In this document: positions 9,261-18,287 of the stretch, one piece after another
Layout: each line of letters opens with the position of its first letter
How positions within the stretch are numbered: position 1 is the first letter of the stretch
Source: Polyangiales bacterium
Lineage (GTDB): Bacteria > Myxococcota_A > Polyangia > Polyangiales > Polyangiaceae
DNA length: 64,000 nucleotides
NCBI GenBank assembly: GCA_038230375.1
Contig: JBBRNJ010000032.1
Span: 1-64,000, forward strand
Reading direction: 5' to 3'
Translations under genes and position numbers: made by a program
The notes under the pieces: model-generated
Database searches by the model: none
The model's input: only the letters and a program-made list of their open reading frames with translations
Told to the model about the DNA's origin: nothing

Positions 9261-11042
9261 TCAGCGCCGCGATCGGGCTGAATGACCTCGTTTTAACGCG
9301 AGCGCACGGCGTCTCGAGATCAAGGTCAGCACCGCGATCGTCGCGAGCATGGCGCCCGTCGCGTCCTCGCTCCGCCAGCCGATGACGTCGCATCCGCAGC
9401 TCTGGCTGGGCCGCGGCGCGGGAACGGCTCCCTGCGCGGATCGAGGCGTGGGCGTGCTCGGCGATGACGCGGGTGCAGCTGCGTCGCCCGCGGGTGTCGC
9501 CATCGTGGTGGGTGCGGCACCGGCGTCGCCCCCGGTCACGCCAGGCACGAACGGATAGGTGGGCCTCGGAGCCGCTGCCTTCGCGAGCAGCGGCGCCAGG
9601 GTGAAGTGACGCGTGATGCGCGCGCCCTTGCCGGACTCCAGGGTCACGTCGCACGCTAGCTCGTAACGACCGAGCGCCAGCGGCGGATCGAACCACAGCG
9701 GCAGGTTCGCGCGGCCAGACGCGTTGCTGCGGGACTCCACGACCTGGGGGCCCTCGTACGAGAGCGTTCGCTGCGACGCGCCGGTCGCGGTGATCTCCAC
9801 CTTCGTGATCCGCAGATCGCGATCAAGCAGCGTCTCCCACCCGACCGACAGCATGCGGCCCGCGCGCGCTGCCGACACGAGCGGCTCGTTCAGCGTGCGG
9901 CCTGTGAGGATGCCGCCGAGCGCGTGATCCTTCGCGCTCCGCACCTCCTCGAAGAGCGCGTGCTCGTCCTTCTCCACGCGGAACTGACGTGCGAGCACCT
10001 GCGGATACAGCAACGCTGGGTGTCGCTCCGGCGGCACGGCGTGGGCCGCGGCGATGCGGATGTCCGGCTCTGGCGCCTCCAGCAGCTTCGTCACGGTGGC
10101 CAGCGCGAGCTTGTCGTCGTCACTGCGGAAGCGAGCAAGGAGGGAGATCGCCGCGACCCGCTCCTCCATCTTTGCGGCGGGGTCGGACGCGACGCGCGCG
10201 AGCTCCACAGACGGCAGATCTTCGCCCATCATGTAGAGCTCCGCCGCTCCGTGCGCGCGCACGATCGCTCGAAGCGTTCGCGGGACGTCCTTCTCGGCGG
10301 CGATGCGCGAGACGATCTCGTTCGCGATGCGATCACGGTAGAAGCCGATCCATCCTGACTGCATCGGCAGCTGCAGGTCGTCCGGGTCCGATGGCCCCAG
10401 CATCTCGATCAGCGCGTCGCGTCCCTGTGGCGTGTTCGCGCGCCCCATCGCATCGCGCACGGCCAGCGCGCGCCCGAGCCCGTCGAGGAGCTCTGGCTCG
10501 AACGTGACCCAGGTGTGCTTCATGGCGCCGCGTGGATCGTTCACCAGATCGTATGGGTCGTGGCCTTGCGGCACGGGCCCAAACCCACCCGGATTCGACT
10601 CTTGCTCGAAGCGCTGGATTGCGCCCCGCAGGTCCACGCGCACGCCCGACGACTCGATGTACCAGTCGGACACGGGTCCCGCGTCCCAGCGTCTCTGGTT
10701 CGCCGCATGGCGGTTCAAAACGAGGAAGAGCACGACCTCACCCGGCGCGCCGGCGTCCTCCTGCCCGAACATGCCGTTCCACCGGTAGAGGCCATAATCG
10801 AGCGGCACATGGTCGCCCGGCGCGAGCGGGCCCTTGTACGTCTTCTCCACGATGGTGTCGGTGAGGACCGTCCACTGATCGATGCGCTGCTCCTTCCCGA
10901 GCCGTGCGCGCACCACAGCGTCCGCCTCGAACGCCATGGACGTGAGATCGGAGTGGGTCATCATCGCCGCCGTCGCATCGGTGCTCGCGGCGCCGGCCGC
11001 CGCGACAAATGCGAGAAGTGCCGCGTTTCGAAGCTTCCTCAT
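9261..11042 (-). CDS. Secreted surface protein with HEAT-like helical region and MYXO-CTERM-like anchor
   Basis: Signal peptide MRKLRNAALLAFVAAAG...ATA; C-terminal Pro/Ala linker, SCGC, TM and RRR. Confidence 0.75.
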   Translation of the reverse strand: MRKLRNAALLAFVAAAGAASTDATAAMMTHSDLTSMAFEADAVVRARLGKEQRIDQWTVLTDTIVEKTYKGPLAPGDHVPLDYGLYRWNGMFGQEDAGAPGEVVLFLVLNRHAANQRRWDAGPVSDWYIESSGVRVDLRGAIQRFEQESNPGGFGPVPQGHDPYDLVNDPRGAMKHTWVTFEPELLDGLGRALAVRDAMGRANTPQGRDALIEMLGPSDPDDLQLPMQSGWIGFYRDRIANEIVSRIAAEKDVPRTLRAIVRAHGAAELYMMGEDLPSVELARVASDPAAKMEERVAAISLLARFRSDDDKLALATVTKLLEAPEPDIRIAAAHAVPPERHPALLYPQVLARQFRVEKDEHALFEEVRSAKDHALGGILTGRTLNEPLVSAARAGRMLSVGWETLLDRDLRITKVEITATGASQRTLSYEGPQVVESRSNASGRANLPLWFDPPLALGRYELACDVTLESGKGARITRHFTLAPLLAKAAAPRPTYPFVPGVTGGDAGAAPTTMATPAGDAAAPASSPSTPTPRSAQGAVPAPRPSQSCGCDVIGWRSEDATGAMLATIAVLTLISRRRALALKRGHSARSRR

Positions 11043-11089
11043 CGATGCCGAAGGATCGTAGCGTAGCCGGCTCATCCTTGGAGGTACCC

Positions 11090-11647
11090 ATGTTGAAGAA
11101 GCTCGTCTGCGTCCTCGTCGCCATCCTGGTCCTTGTCAGCAGCTCGTCCGCCCATGCCGCGATGAGCGCGTACATGAAGATCAAGGGGAAGCGCGGCGTC
11201 GCCATCGTCGGAGGCGTGACGCAGCGGGGGAGAGAGGGCGCTTCGCAGATCGTGGCTTCCTCTCACGAGATCGTGTCGCCGCGCGATCCGGCGAGCGGAT
11301 TGCCCACTGGAAAGCGCATGCACAAGCCCTTCACAGTGACCATGGAGATCGACAAGGCGGTGCCTCTGCTCTTCAAGGCGATGGTGAGCAACGACACCCT
11401 GCAGGAGGTGTCGATCCAGTACTACAAGGCGAGCACGGGCGGCGGCGTGGAGCAGCAGTACTATACGGTGAAGCTCACCAACGCGAGCATCTCCAGCATC
11501 AACTTCCGCCAGCAGAACACGGTCAATCCCGACCTGGTGCGCTACCCGGAGATGGTCGAGATCTCGTTCACCTACCAGAAGATCAACTGGACGTTCACGG
11601 ACGGCAACGTCTCGGCCGAAGACGACTGGATGGCGCCCGTCACCTGA
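11090..11647 (+). CDS. hcp: Hcp/TssD-family (T6SS tube-like) protein with N-terminal Sec signal peptide
   Basis: AYMKIKG, PRDPASGLPTGKRMHKPF, IDKAVPLL, YTVKLTNA, ISFTYQKINWT and DDW motifs; GGAGGT SD before ATG 11090; leader MLKKLVCVLVAILVLVSSSSAHA. Confidence 0.9.
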   Translation: MLKKLVCVLVAILVLVSSSSAHAAMSAYMKIKGKRGVAIVGGVTQRGREGASQIVASSHEIVSPRDPASGLPTGKRMHKPFTVTMEIDKAVPLLFKAMVSNDTLQEVSIQYYKASTGGGVEQQYYTVKLTNASISSINFRQQNTVNPDLVRYPEMVEISFTYQKINWTFTDGNVSAEDDWMAPVT

Positions 11648-13454
11648 GTCGGCTCGTGGTGAAGATGGCGGCGGCGCGCGCGGGGATGGCGTGCGCCGTG
11701 GTCGTTTTGTTCGTCGCGAGCAACACCGATGCGCCTTCCAGCTCCTCGAGCCCCGTCAGATCTCGCGGCTCGTCCGCGAAGCTGACGATCAGCATGCGCG
11801 TGTCGCTCCCGCTCCACCGATGGACGACAAGCAGGTCTCTGCTGGCGTACGCGCGCAGCCGCTCGCGCGAGCCTTCGCGCAGCACGGGATCCTGTCGGCG
11901 GAGCGTCAGTAGGTCTGTGTAGAGTGCAAGTATCTCGGCGTGAGGTGCCGCCACGCGCTCCTCCCACACGAGCTTGGAGGACGTGAAGGTCGCGAGCGCC
12001 TGCGGGTCGGGCGGCTCGCCGTCCCAGCCGGGAAAGCCGCGGAACTCGTCCTTGCGACCCTCGCGAATCCTCGCGCCCAGGCCCGGGTGGTGGTCCGTGA
12101 AGTAGAGGAACGGCGTGCTGGCTGCCCACTCCTGGCCCTGGAAGAGGAGCGGCGTCATCGGCAGGAAAAGGAGCAGCGCCGCCGCTGCGGCATACGCATC
12201 CATCGAAGCGTGGTGGCACATGCGATCACCGCACGGCCTGTTGCCTACGTGGTCGTGGTTCTGGATGCCGTAGACGAATGCGCTGGCGGGGAGCCCCGTC
12301 GCGGGCGCGCCTCTCTTCACGCTCCATGGCGAGAAGTGCTGCCCCGTGAAGAGCCAGCCCCCCATGATCGCAGCAGCGAGTCCCTCCGCGCCGGGCGTGT
12401 ACGCCGCGAAGTTGCCATCACTTGCGAGCGTGAGCGTGGCGTGGAGCTGGCGTTGGAAGTCGTCCACCCAGATGCCGTCCATCTGGTGGTCGTGAACCAG
12501 CCGTGGATCATTCATGTCGTCCTCCGCGATGACGAGCCTGCGTGGCGTCATCGCGTGCGCCAGATCCGAGAGCTCACGGAGCACGTGGAGGCTCGCGCCT
12601 CCCGAGCGGAGGTGTGCCTCGTCGTGGATCGCGTGCGTAGCGTCCAGGCGCAGACCGTCGAAGCGGTACGACTCGAGCCACATGCGCGCGCTCGAAAGGA
12701 CGTATGCGCGCGCGAGCGGATTGGCGAAGTCGGGCGCGTCCCCCCAGCGCGTGGGGCGCGCGCGGTCGAAGTACGCCGGGTCGTAGACGCCCAGGTAGCT
12801 GCCGTCGGGCCCAAAATGGTTGTAAACTACATCCAAAAACACGGACAGCCCCAGACCGTGCGCGGCGTCAACGAACCGCCTCAGGTCGTCCGGTGTGCCG
12901 TAGGGCGCGAACGGCGCGAAGTGCATCACGCCGTCGTAGCCCCAGCCGCGGGTCCCGGCGAAGGCGCACACGGGCAGGAGCTCCACCGCCGTCACGCCCA
13001 GCTTCGCCAGCTCCAGGAGCTTCTCCACCGCGGCGGCGTACGTCCCTTCGCGCGTGAACGTGCCCACGTGCAGCTCGTAGAACACGTGCTCCGCGAGCGG
13101 GCGATGGATGCCGTCGCCGTGCGTCCACGCAAACGTATCTGCCACGACCTCCGCGGGGCCGTGCACGCCAAAAGGCAGGGCGCGCGCGTACGGATCGGGC
13201 CACTCCGCGTCACCCAGGACGAACTTGTAGAGCGTTCCCGTCGCCGCGTCCGTGACCGTCGCTGCGAACCATCCATCGCCCTGCGCCGCGAGCGGTACGG
13301 TCTGTCGCGCGCTGTTGCCGTCTGCTTCGAAGAGGCGCACCGACACGCGATCCGTGACGGTCGTGAACACCCGGAACGTCACGCCCGACGCATCCACGCG
13401 CGCGCCGAGCCAGCCCGGGCTCCACCGCGAGACGCCCTGCATGCCCACCGTCAT
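11640..13454 (-). CDS. treZ: Malto-oligosyltrehalose trehalohydrolase (GH13_10)
   Basis: YELHVGTFT, WGYDGV, DVVYNHFGP, DGLRLDATHAI, QNHD and LFQGQEW motifs. Start uncertain (13454 or 13442). Confidence 0.85.
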   Translation of the reverse strand: MTVGMQGVSRWSPGWLGARVDASGVTFRVFTTVTDRVSVRLFEADGNSARQTVPLAAQGDGWFAATVTDAATGTLYKFVLGDAEWPDPYARALPFGVHGPAEVVADTFAWTHGDGIHRPLAEHVFYELHVGTFTREGTYAAAVEKLLELAKLGVTAVELLPVCAFAGTRGWGYDGVMHFAPFAPYGTPDDLRRFVDAAHGLGLSVFLDVVYNHFGPDGSYLGVYDPAYFDRARPTRWGDAPDFANPLARAYVLSSARMWLESYRFDGLRLDATHAIHDEAHLRSGGASLHVLRELSDLAHAMTPRRLVIAEDDMNDPRLVHDHQMDGIWVDDFQRQLHATLTLASDGNFAAYTPGAEGLAAAIMGGWLFTGQHFSPWSVKRGAPATGLPASAFVYGIQNHDHVGNRPCGDRMCHHASMDAYAAAAALLLFLPMTPLLFQGQEWAASTPFLYFTDHHPGLGARIREGRKDEFRGFPGWDGEPPDPQALATFTSSKLVWEERVAAPHAEILALYTDLLTLRRQDPVLREGSRERLRAYASRDLLVVHRWSGSDTRMLIVSFADEPRDLTGLEELEGASVLLATNKTTTAHAIPARAAAIFTTSRLR

Positions 13455-13524
13455 GTCTGCGCATATAGCGGGTTCGTCGGAAATCGGCTGGCGCATTTCG
13501 AAGCTGGGCCTAGGCTTTCGGCCC

Positions 13525-14097
13525 ATGATGGAAAAGAGCCGCCTCGCTCGTACGCTGACCTCGCTGTCCTTCGTTGTCGTCGCCTCCACGGCGGTCGTGC
13601 TCGGGCAGGGCTGCGCCAAGGAGCAGTCGACCACGCAGACCAATGGCGGCGCAGATGCAGAGCTCGCGGTGGGCAAGCCTGCGCCGGAGTTCTCCGTCAC
13701 CGGTCACGACGGCGTGAAGCTCACGCTGTCGGAGCTCAAGGGCAAGGCCGTCGTCGTCTACTTCTATCCAAAGGACGAGACGCCCGGCTGCACCAAGGAG
13801 GCGTGCGCCTTCCGCGATGCGTTCGACGCGCTCAGCAAGCAGGGCGTGGTCCTCATTGGCGTGTCGTCTGATTCGGATGCGTCGCACAAGGCGTTCGCGG
13901 AGAACCACAAGCTCCCCTTCCATCTCGTGTCGGACGAGAAGGGCGACCTGGCCAAGAAGTTCGGCGTAGGCACCACGTTCGGATTCATGCAGCGTCAGTC
14001 GTTCGTCATTGGCGCGGACGGCAACATCAAGAAGATCTATCGCTCCGTGGACGTGACCGTGCACGCGCAACAAATCCAGGATGACTTGAAGAGCTGA
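13525..14097 (+). CDS. bcp: Peroxiredoxin Q/Bcp with lipoprotein signal
   Basis: YFYPKDETPGCTKEAC; N-terminal hydrophobic stretch followed by GQGC. Confidence 0.85.
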   Translation: MMEKSRLARTLTSLSFVVVASTAVVLGQGCAKEQSTTQTNGGADAELAVGKPAPEFSVTGHDGVKLTLSELKGKAVVVYFYPKDETPGCTKEACAFRDAFDALSKQGVVLIGVSSDSDASHKAFAENHKLPFHLVSDEKGDLAKKFGVGTTFGFMQRQSFVIGADGNIKKIYRSVDVTVHAQQIQDDLKS

Positions 14098-14192
14098 GTA
14101 CGTCGCCTCCACCCACACCACAACGAGCCCCGCACCCGAAGGCCACCTGATCGTGTTTGCCGTGACCGGGCGCCACGCTAGATTGGGCTTCC

Positions 14193-14423
14193 ATGGCGCT
14201 CGAGGTCATCGTTGACGGAGTCCCCATGCCCGAGGCCGACGCGCGCGCCTTCTGGCAACGCTTCAGTGCGTACATGGATGAACACAAGGGAGACCTCGCG
14301 GGCTTCGCGACCGCCGAGGGCTTCGCGAGCGTCGTCCCCGAGACGGGAAGGAGCGGAGCGCGCCTGCGCGTTAGCCGCTCCGCACCGCAGCCTGCCTACG
14401 CAAACGCGAAGGACGGCAAGTAG
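14193..14423 (+). CDS. Small hypothetical protein
   Basis: Globular-looking 76-aa ORF (FWQRFSAYMDEHKGDLAGFA), co-oriented with neighbours. Confidence 0.65.
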   Translation: MALEVIVDGVPMPEADARAFWQRFSAYMDEHKGDLAGFATAEGFASVVPETGRSGARLRVSRSAPQPAYANAKDGK

Positions 14424-14462
14424 GACACAGGGCACCCAGGATGCGGAGCTCGCGGTCCCGAC

Positions 14463-15146
14463 ATGAGCCCTCGACAGCCATATGCCCGTGCTAACCTCCA
14501 TGAGGGCGTGAGCACAGATCGCATTGTCATCGCGTACACCGCCTACACCCAGGCGTGCACCTTCTTGCTCGACAAGGAGGGCTTCTGCCGTCGCATCGTG
14601 ATGCGCGGAAAGAACAAGAACCCGAAGGCAGCGCGGCGCTGCGTGGGGGCGCAGTATGTGGCGTCGCTCCTGCTGGGCAGCGAAGGCGGCCTCGCGGAGA
14701 TGCCCACGGTCGGCGCGCCGCTGATCTTCGCGCGCATCGACGACGGGCGCGTGTCACTCGTGCGCACCGGTCCGCTCGAGCGCTTCGTGTCGCACGACAC
14801 CGACGAGATCGACACGCGCGAGCGTGAGCTGCAGACTCTCGCACGGACCGAAGAGGTCCGCGCAGTGCGGGTCTCGAGCTCATCCAGCTCGAACAAGATG
14901 AAGGCCGCGCCGAAGCGTGACAGCGCGCCGCCCAAGAGGGGCCACATGCCGAGCGCACCGCCCGAGGAGCTCGATCTCGAAGACGCCGAGGAGATCTCGG
15001 ACGTGGAGGACGTCGTCTATCACGACGCGTCGGACCGCACGCAGCAGCTCCAGCATCTGAACTTCGACGACGACTACGAAGACAAGACGAAGATCCGCTC
15101 CAGCCCACTGCCCAAGAAAAAAGGCATGCTCCCGAGGCGCCCGTGA
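14463..15146 (+). CDS. Hypothetical protein with acidic low-complexity C-terminus
   Basis: Folded-looking N-terminal domain (CTFLLDKEGFC, RCVGAQYVASL); start may be GTG 14508. Confidence 0.7.
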   Translation: MSPRQPYARANLHEGVSTDRIVIAYTAYTQACTFLLDKEGFCRRIVMRGKNKNPKAARRCVGAQYVASLLLGSEGGLAEMPTVGAPLIFARIDDGRVSLVRTGPLERFVSHDTDEIDTRERELQTLARTEEVRAVRVSSSSSSNKMKAAPKRDSAPPKRGHMPSAPPEELDLEDAEEISDVEDVVYHDASDRTQQLQHLNFDDDYEDKTKIRSSPLPKKKGMLPRRP

Positions 15147-16126
15147 AGACGAGAGACGGACAACGAGCCCGCGTCGTGCGTACCGCAGCGCTCGGCCTCC
15201 TGATCGCGGCGTGCGGGTCGCGCACTGGATTGTTGCTGCCGGGCGAAGGCTTCATTGATGACAATGGTGGAAGTGACGGCGCATCAAAGGACGGGAATTT
15301 CCCGGGTTTCGATGGCATGCCGCCGGACTTCGACGCCCCCATGGAGCTGGACGCGCTGCCACCCATCGACGGCTCGCGGCCCGACGTACCGCGGCCGAAC
15401 GACTGCCCGGACGCGGACGCGACGCTCGTGTACGTGCTGTCGTCGAACGACGTCTTGTATTCGTTCTTCCCGCCCACGCTCGAGTTCAAGACGATCGGCA
15501 AGATCGTGTGCCCCGCTGGAAACACGCACCCCTACTCGATGGCCGTGGACCGCAAGGGCAAGGCGTACTCCGTCTTCGATCAGGGCGACCTGTTCCAGAT
15601 CAGCACGGCCACCGCGGCCTGCGCGCCCACCGGATACCAGGTGGACCAGCTCGGGTGGACCACGTTCGGAATGGGTTACTCCGGCGACACGACCAGCGAG
15701 AGCCTCTTCGTGGCCGAGGGCAACACGAATGGAATGGGCGGGACGTCGCAGGGCCTGGGCATCATCGACACCACCACCTTCAAGCTGACGAAGATTGGAC
15801 CATTCTCCGTGCCGCTGGCGCGCTGCGAGCTCACGGGAACCGGTGACGGTCGGCTCTTCGCTTACTGCGTGAACTCCACCACGGGGAGCGTGATCGCCCA
15901 GATCGATCCGAAGACCGCGAACGTCATCGCGCAGAACCAGCTCAAGGTCGGCACCGTGAACGATGCGTTCGCCTATGCGTTCTGGGGTGGCTCGTTCTGG
16001 ATCTTCTCCGGTCAGGGGACCACAACGGTGACCCAGTACGACCTCGATACACTGACAGAGTCGACGGTCACCTCGCTCGCGGATCAGATCGTGGGTGCCG
16101 GCGTGTCGACCTGCGCGCCGCGGTAG
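15143..16126 (+). CDS. Beta-propeller-like lipoprotein
   Basis: Lipobox IAAC-GSRTGL; beta-rich body; ELTGTGDGRLF; C-terminal IVGAGVSTCAP. Confidence 0.8.
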   Translation: MKTRDGQRARVVRTAALGLLIAACGSRTGLLLPGEGFIDDNGGSDGASKDGNFPGFDGMPPDFDAPMELDALPPIDGSRPDVPRPNDCPDADATLVYVLSSNDVLYSFFPPTLEFKTIGKIVCPAGNTHPYSMAVDRKGKAYSVFDQGDLFQISTATAACAPTGYQVDQLGWTTFGMGYSGDTTSESLFVAEGNTNGMGGTSQGLGIIDTTTFKLTKIGPFSVPLARCELTGTGDGRLFAYCVNSTTGSVIAQIDPKTANVIAQNQLKVGTVNDAFAYAFWGGSFWIFSGQGTTTVTQYDLDTLTESTVTSLADQIVGAGVSTCAPR

Positions 16127-16315
16127 AGGTCGGGGCCGAGGCCCGGAATTGCCCCTGTTTTTCGTGGGGTTGACCTTTCGGACCTGGTCCTCCATGGACT
16201 TGGGGACAGGACTTTGGTAGTCGCGCGTCGCCAGAGGTACTGGCTCGCCCCCGGTTCGCCGGTGGTGATCTCGATGACTGTGTGATTTTGGCCGGATTTT
16301 CCGGCACGAGGCCCC

Positions 16316-16801
16316 ATGTCGCTTGCGACCGTGACGATTCTCGGAAGTTCCTTCCTGCGTGAGGGGGGCGTGGACGTCGATCTCAACCTGACCTTCGTCA
16401 TTCAGGTGGTGCTCATCGTCGTGCTGCTCATGGTCCTGAAGCCGGTCCTCTTCGACCCGATGTTGAAGCTGTTCGAGGCTCGCGAGCAGGCCATCGGCGG
16501 CGCCAAGGACAAGGCGCGCAAGACAGACCTCAAGTCCGCCAAGGCGGAGACCGAGTTCCAGGCCCAGATGGGCAAGGCGCAGGCGCAGGGCAACGTGGAG
16601 CGCGAGCGCCTCCGCGGTGAGGGCGTGAAGGCCGAGAACGAGGTCCTTGCGAAGGTCCGCGCCGAGACGGCCGCGTTCCTGGGCGAGCGTCGCCAGAAGG
16701 CACAAGTAGAGCTCAACGCGGCGCGTGCAGAGCTCAAAGGCTCCGCGCCGGAGCTCGCGAAGCAGCTCGCCACCCGCGTGCTCGGCCGGGAGGTCGTGTG
16801 A
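16316..16801 (+). CDS. atpF: ATP synthase F0 subunit b'
   Basis: TM helix followed by LFDPMLKLFEARE and a coiled coil; first gene of the atp cluster. Confidence 0.85.
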   Translation: MSLATVTILGSSFLREGGVDVDLNLTFVIQVVLIVVLLMVLKPVLFDPMLKLFEAREQAIGGAKDKARKTDLKSAKAETEFQAQMGKAQAQGNVERERLRGEGVKAENEVLAKVRAETAAFLGERRQKAQVELNAARAELKGSAPELAKQLATRVLGREVV

Positions 16802-17730
16802 TGATGCAGAAGCGCACCGCCACGCTGGTGAAGGTCGTCGCCGCAACGCTCGTGGCCCTGTCCGCGTTCTTCGCGCTGACCACTGCGTTCGCGCAGCCCG
16901 CGCCGCCGCGTGATCCCCAGGCGAATCCCCAGACACCTACGCCCGAGCAGCGCCTGAACCGCCGCGTCCGCGACGGGCGCCTTGGCGTTCGGCCCAACCC
17001 CGCGCCCACGCCCGATCATGATCCCGCGCCGCCCGAGGCGATGAGCGGTCACCTCCCCGGTGCCGGTCGCGCACCTCGCGCTGCAGCGGCAGATCATGGA
17101 ACGCCCGTCGACTCCACGCCGGCGGAGACCACGCACGAAGGTGGCGAGCACGGTGGTCACGCCGAGCACGGCGGCGAGCACCAACGCCCCGCCTTCAACT
17201 TCGCGGACTTCAGCAACAAGGAGGTCACGCCATACCTGGCGCTCGTGATCAACTTCGGGCTGCTCGTCGGCCTCTACTACTTGATGGGCAAGAAGGGCAT
17301 CGCCGACGGCCTGAAGAAGCGCAAGGAAGCCATCTCCAAGGAGATCGAAGAAGCGCAGAAGATGCTCAAGGAAGCGGAGGAGCGCGCGAAGACGTACCAG
17401 GCGAAGCTGAAGAACGTCGAGACCGAGCTCACGAACGCGAAGAAGGCGCTCGAGGAGGCCGGCAAGGGCGAGCGTGATCGCATCGTCCGCGAGGCCGAGG
17501 AGAAGGCCGAGCGCATGAAGCGCGACGCGACGTTCCTCGTCGATCAGGAGCTGAAGCAGATGCGCGTCGACCTCACGCGCGAGGCGATCGAGCTCGCGAT
17601 GCAGACGGCCGAGGAGATGCTCCGCACGAAGGCCACCGCCGAAGACCACACGCGCCTCGCCGACGACTTCCTCCGTGATCTGGACTCTGCGGGCAAGTCG
17701 CAAGCGCCCCGCGCTGGAGGTGCAGCATGA
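16801..17730 (+). CDS. atpF: ATP synthase F0 subunit b with long N-terminal extension
   Basis: INFGLLVGL TM helix and coiled coil; SD GGAGGT before ATG 16801; signal-peptide-like start and Pro/His-rich linker. Confidence 0.85.
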   Translation: MMQKRTATLVKVVAATLVALSAFFALTTAFAQPAPPRDPQANPQTPTPEQRLNRRVRDGRLGVRPNPAPTPDHDPAPPEAMSGHLPGAGRAPRAAAADHGTPVDSTPAETTHEGGEHGGHAEHGGEHQRPAFNFADFSNKEVTPYLALVINFGLLVGLYYLMGKKGIADGLKKRKEAISKEIEEAQKMLKEAEERAKTYQAKLKNVETELTNAKKALEEAGKGERDRIVREAEEKAERMKRDATFLVDQELKQMRVDLTREAIELAMQTAEEMLRTKATAEDHTRLADDFLRDLDSAGKSQAPRAGGAA

Positions 17731-18266
17731 TCCCCGGACAGGTCGCACGTCGCTACGCAAAGGCACTCCTGGAGCTGGGCACGGAAGAGAACCGCGCCGA
17801 CGCCCTGGTCGAGGAGATGAGCAACGCAGCCGCCGCCTACGAGGCAAGCAAGGATCTGCGCAACGCGCTCGCGAATCCGCTCGTCGCCTACGAGGCGAAG
17901 AAGGCCGTGCTCCTCGAGATCGCGGAGAAGCTGCAGCTCGGCAACGTGGCCAAGCACACCATCCTCATCTTGAACGATCGCCGCCGCATGGCCGCGCTCC
18001 CCGGCATTGCCCGCGTCTTGCGCGAGCTGAACGATGCGAAGAAGGGGCTCGTCCGCGCGGACGTGTGGAGCGCCAAGCCGCTCAGCGCCGACTACGTGGA
18101 GAAGCTCCGCGTCGCCCTCGAGCGCCGCACCGGCAAGAAGATCGCGGTGGACCAGCACGTCGACGAGACCCTCATCGCCGGTGTGGTCGCGCGCATCGGT
18201 GACACGGTCTATGACGGCTCCCTCAAGGGGCGCCTCAACGAAATTCGCACGCAACTCACGAACTAA
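17727..18266 (+). CDS. atpH: ATP synthase F1 subunit delta
   Basis: VARRYAKAL and LIAGVVARIGDTVYDGS motifs. Confidence 0.95.
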   Translation: MIPGQVARRYAKALLELGTEENRADALVEEMSNAAAAYEASKDLRNALANPLVAYEAKKAVLLEIAEKLQLGNVAKHTILILNDRRRMAALPGIARVLRELNDAKKGLVRADVWSAKPLSADYVEKLRVALERRTGKKIAVDQHVDETLIAGVVARIGDTVYDGSLKGRLNEIRTQLTN

Positions 18267-18287
18267 GAACATCAAGGTCTAGACGCC

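Noticed and set aside
11090..11647. Complete T6SS or contractile injection system locus
   Set aside because: Only Hcp is present; no sheath, baseplate, VgrG or ATPase genes in the window.
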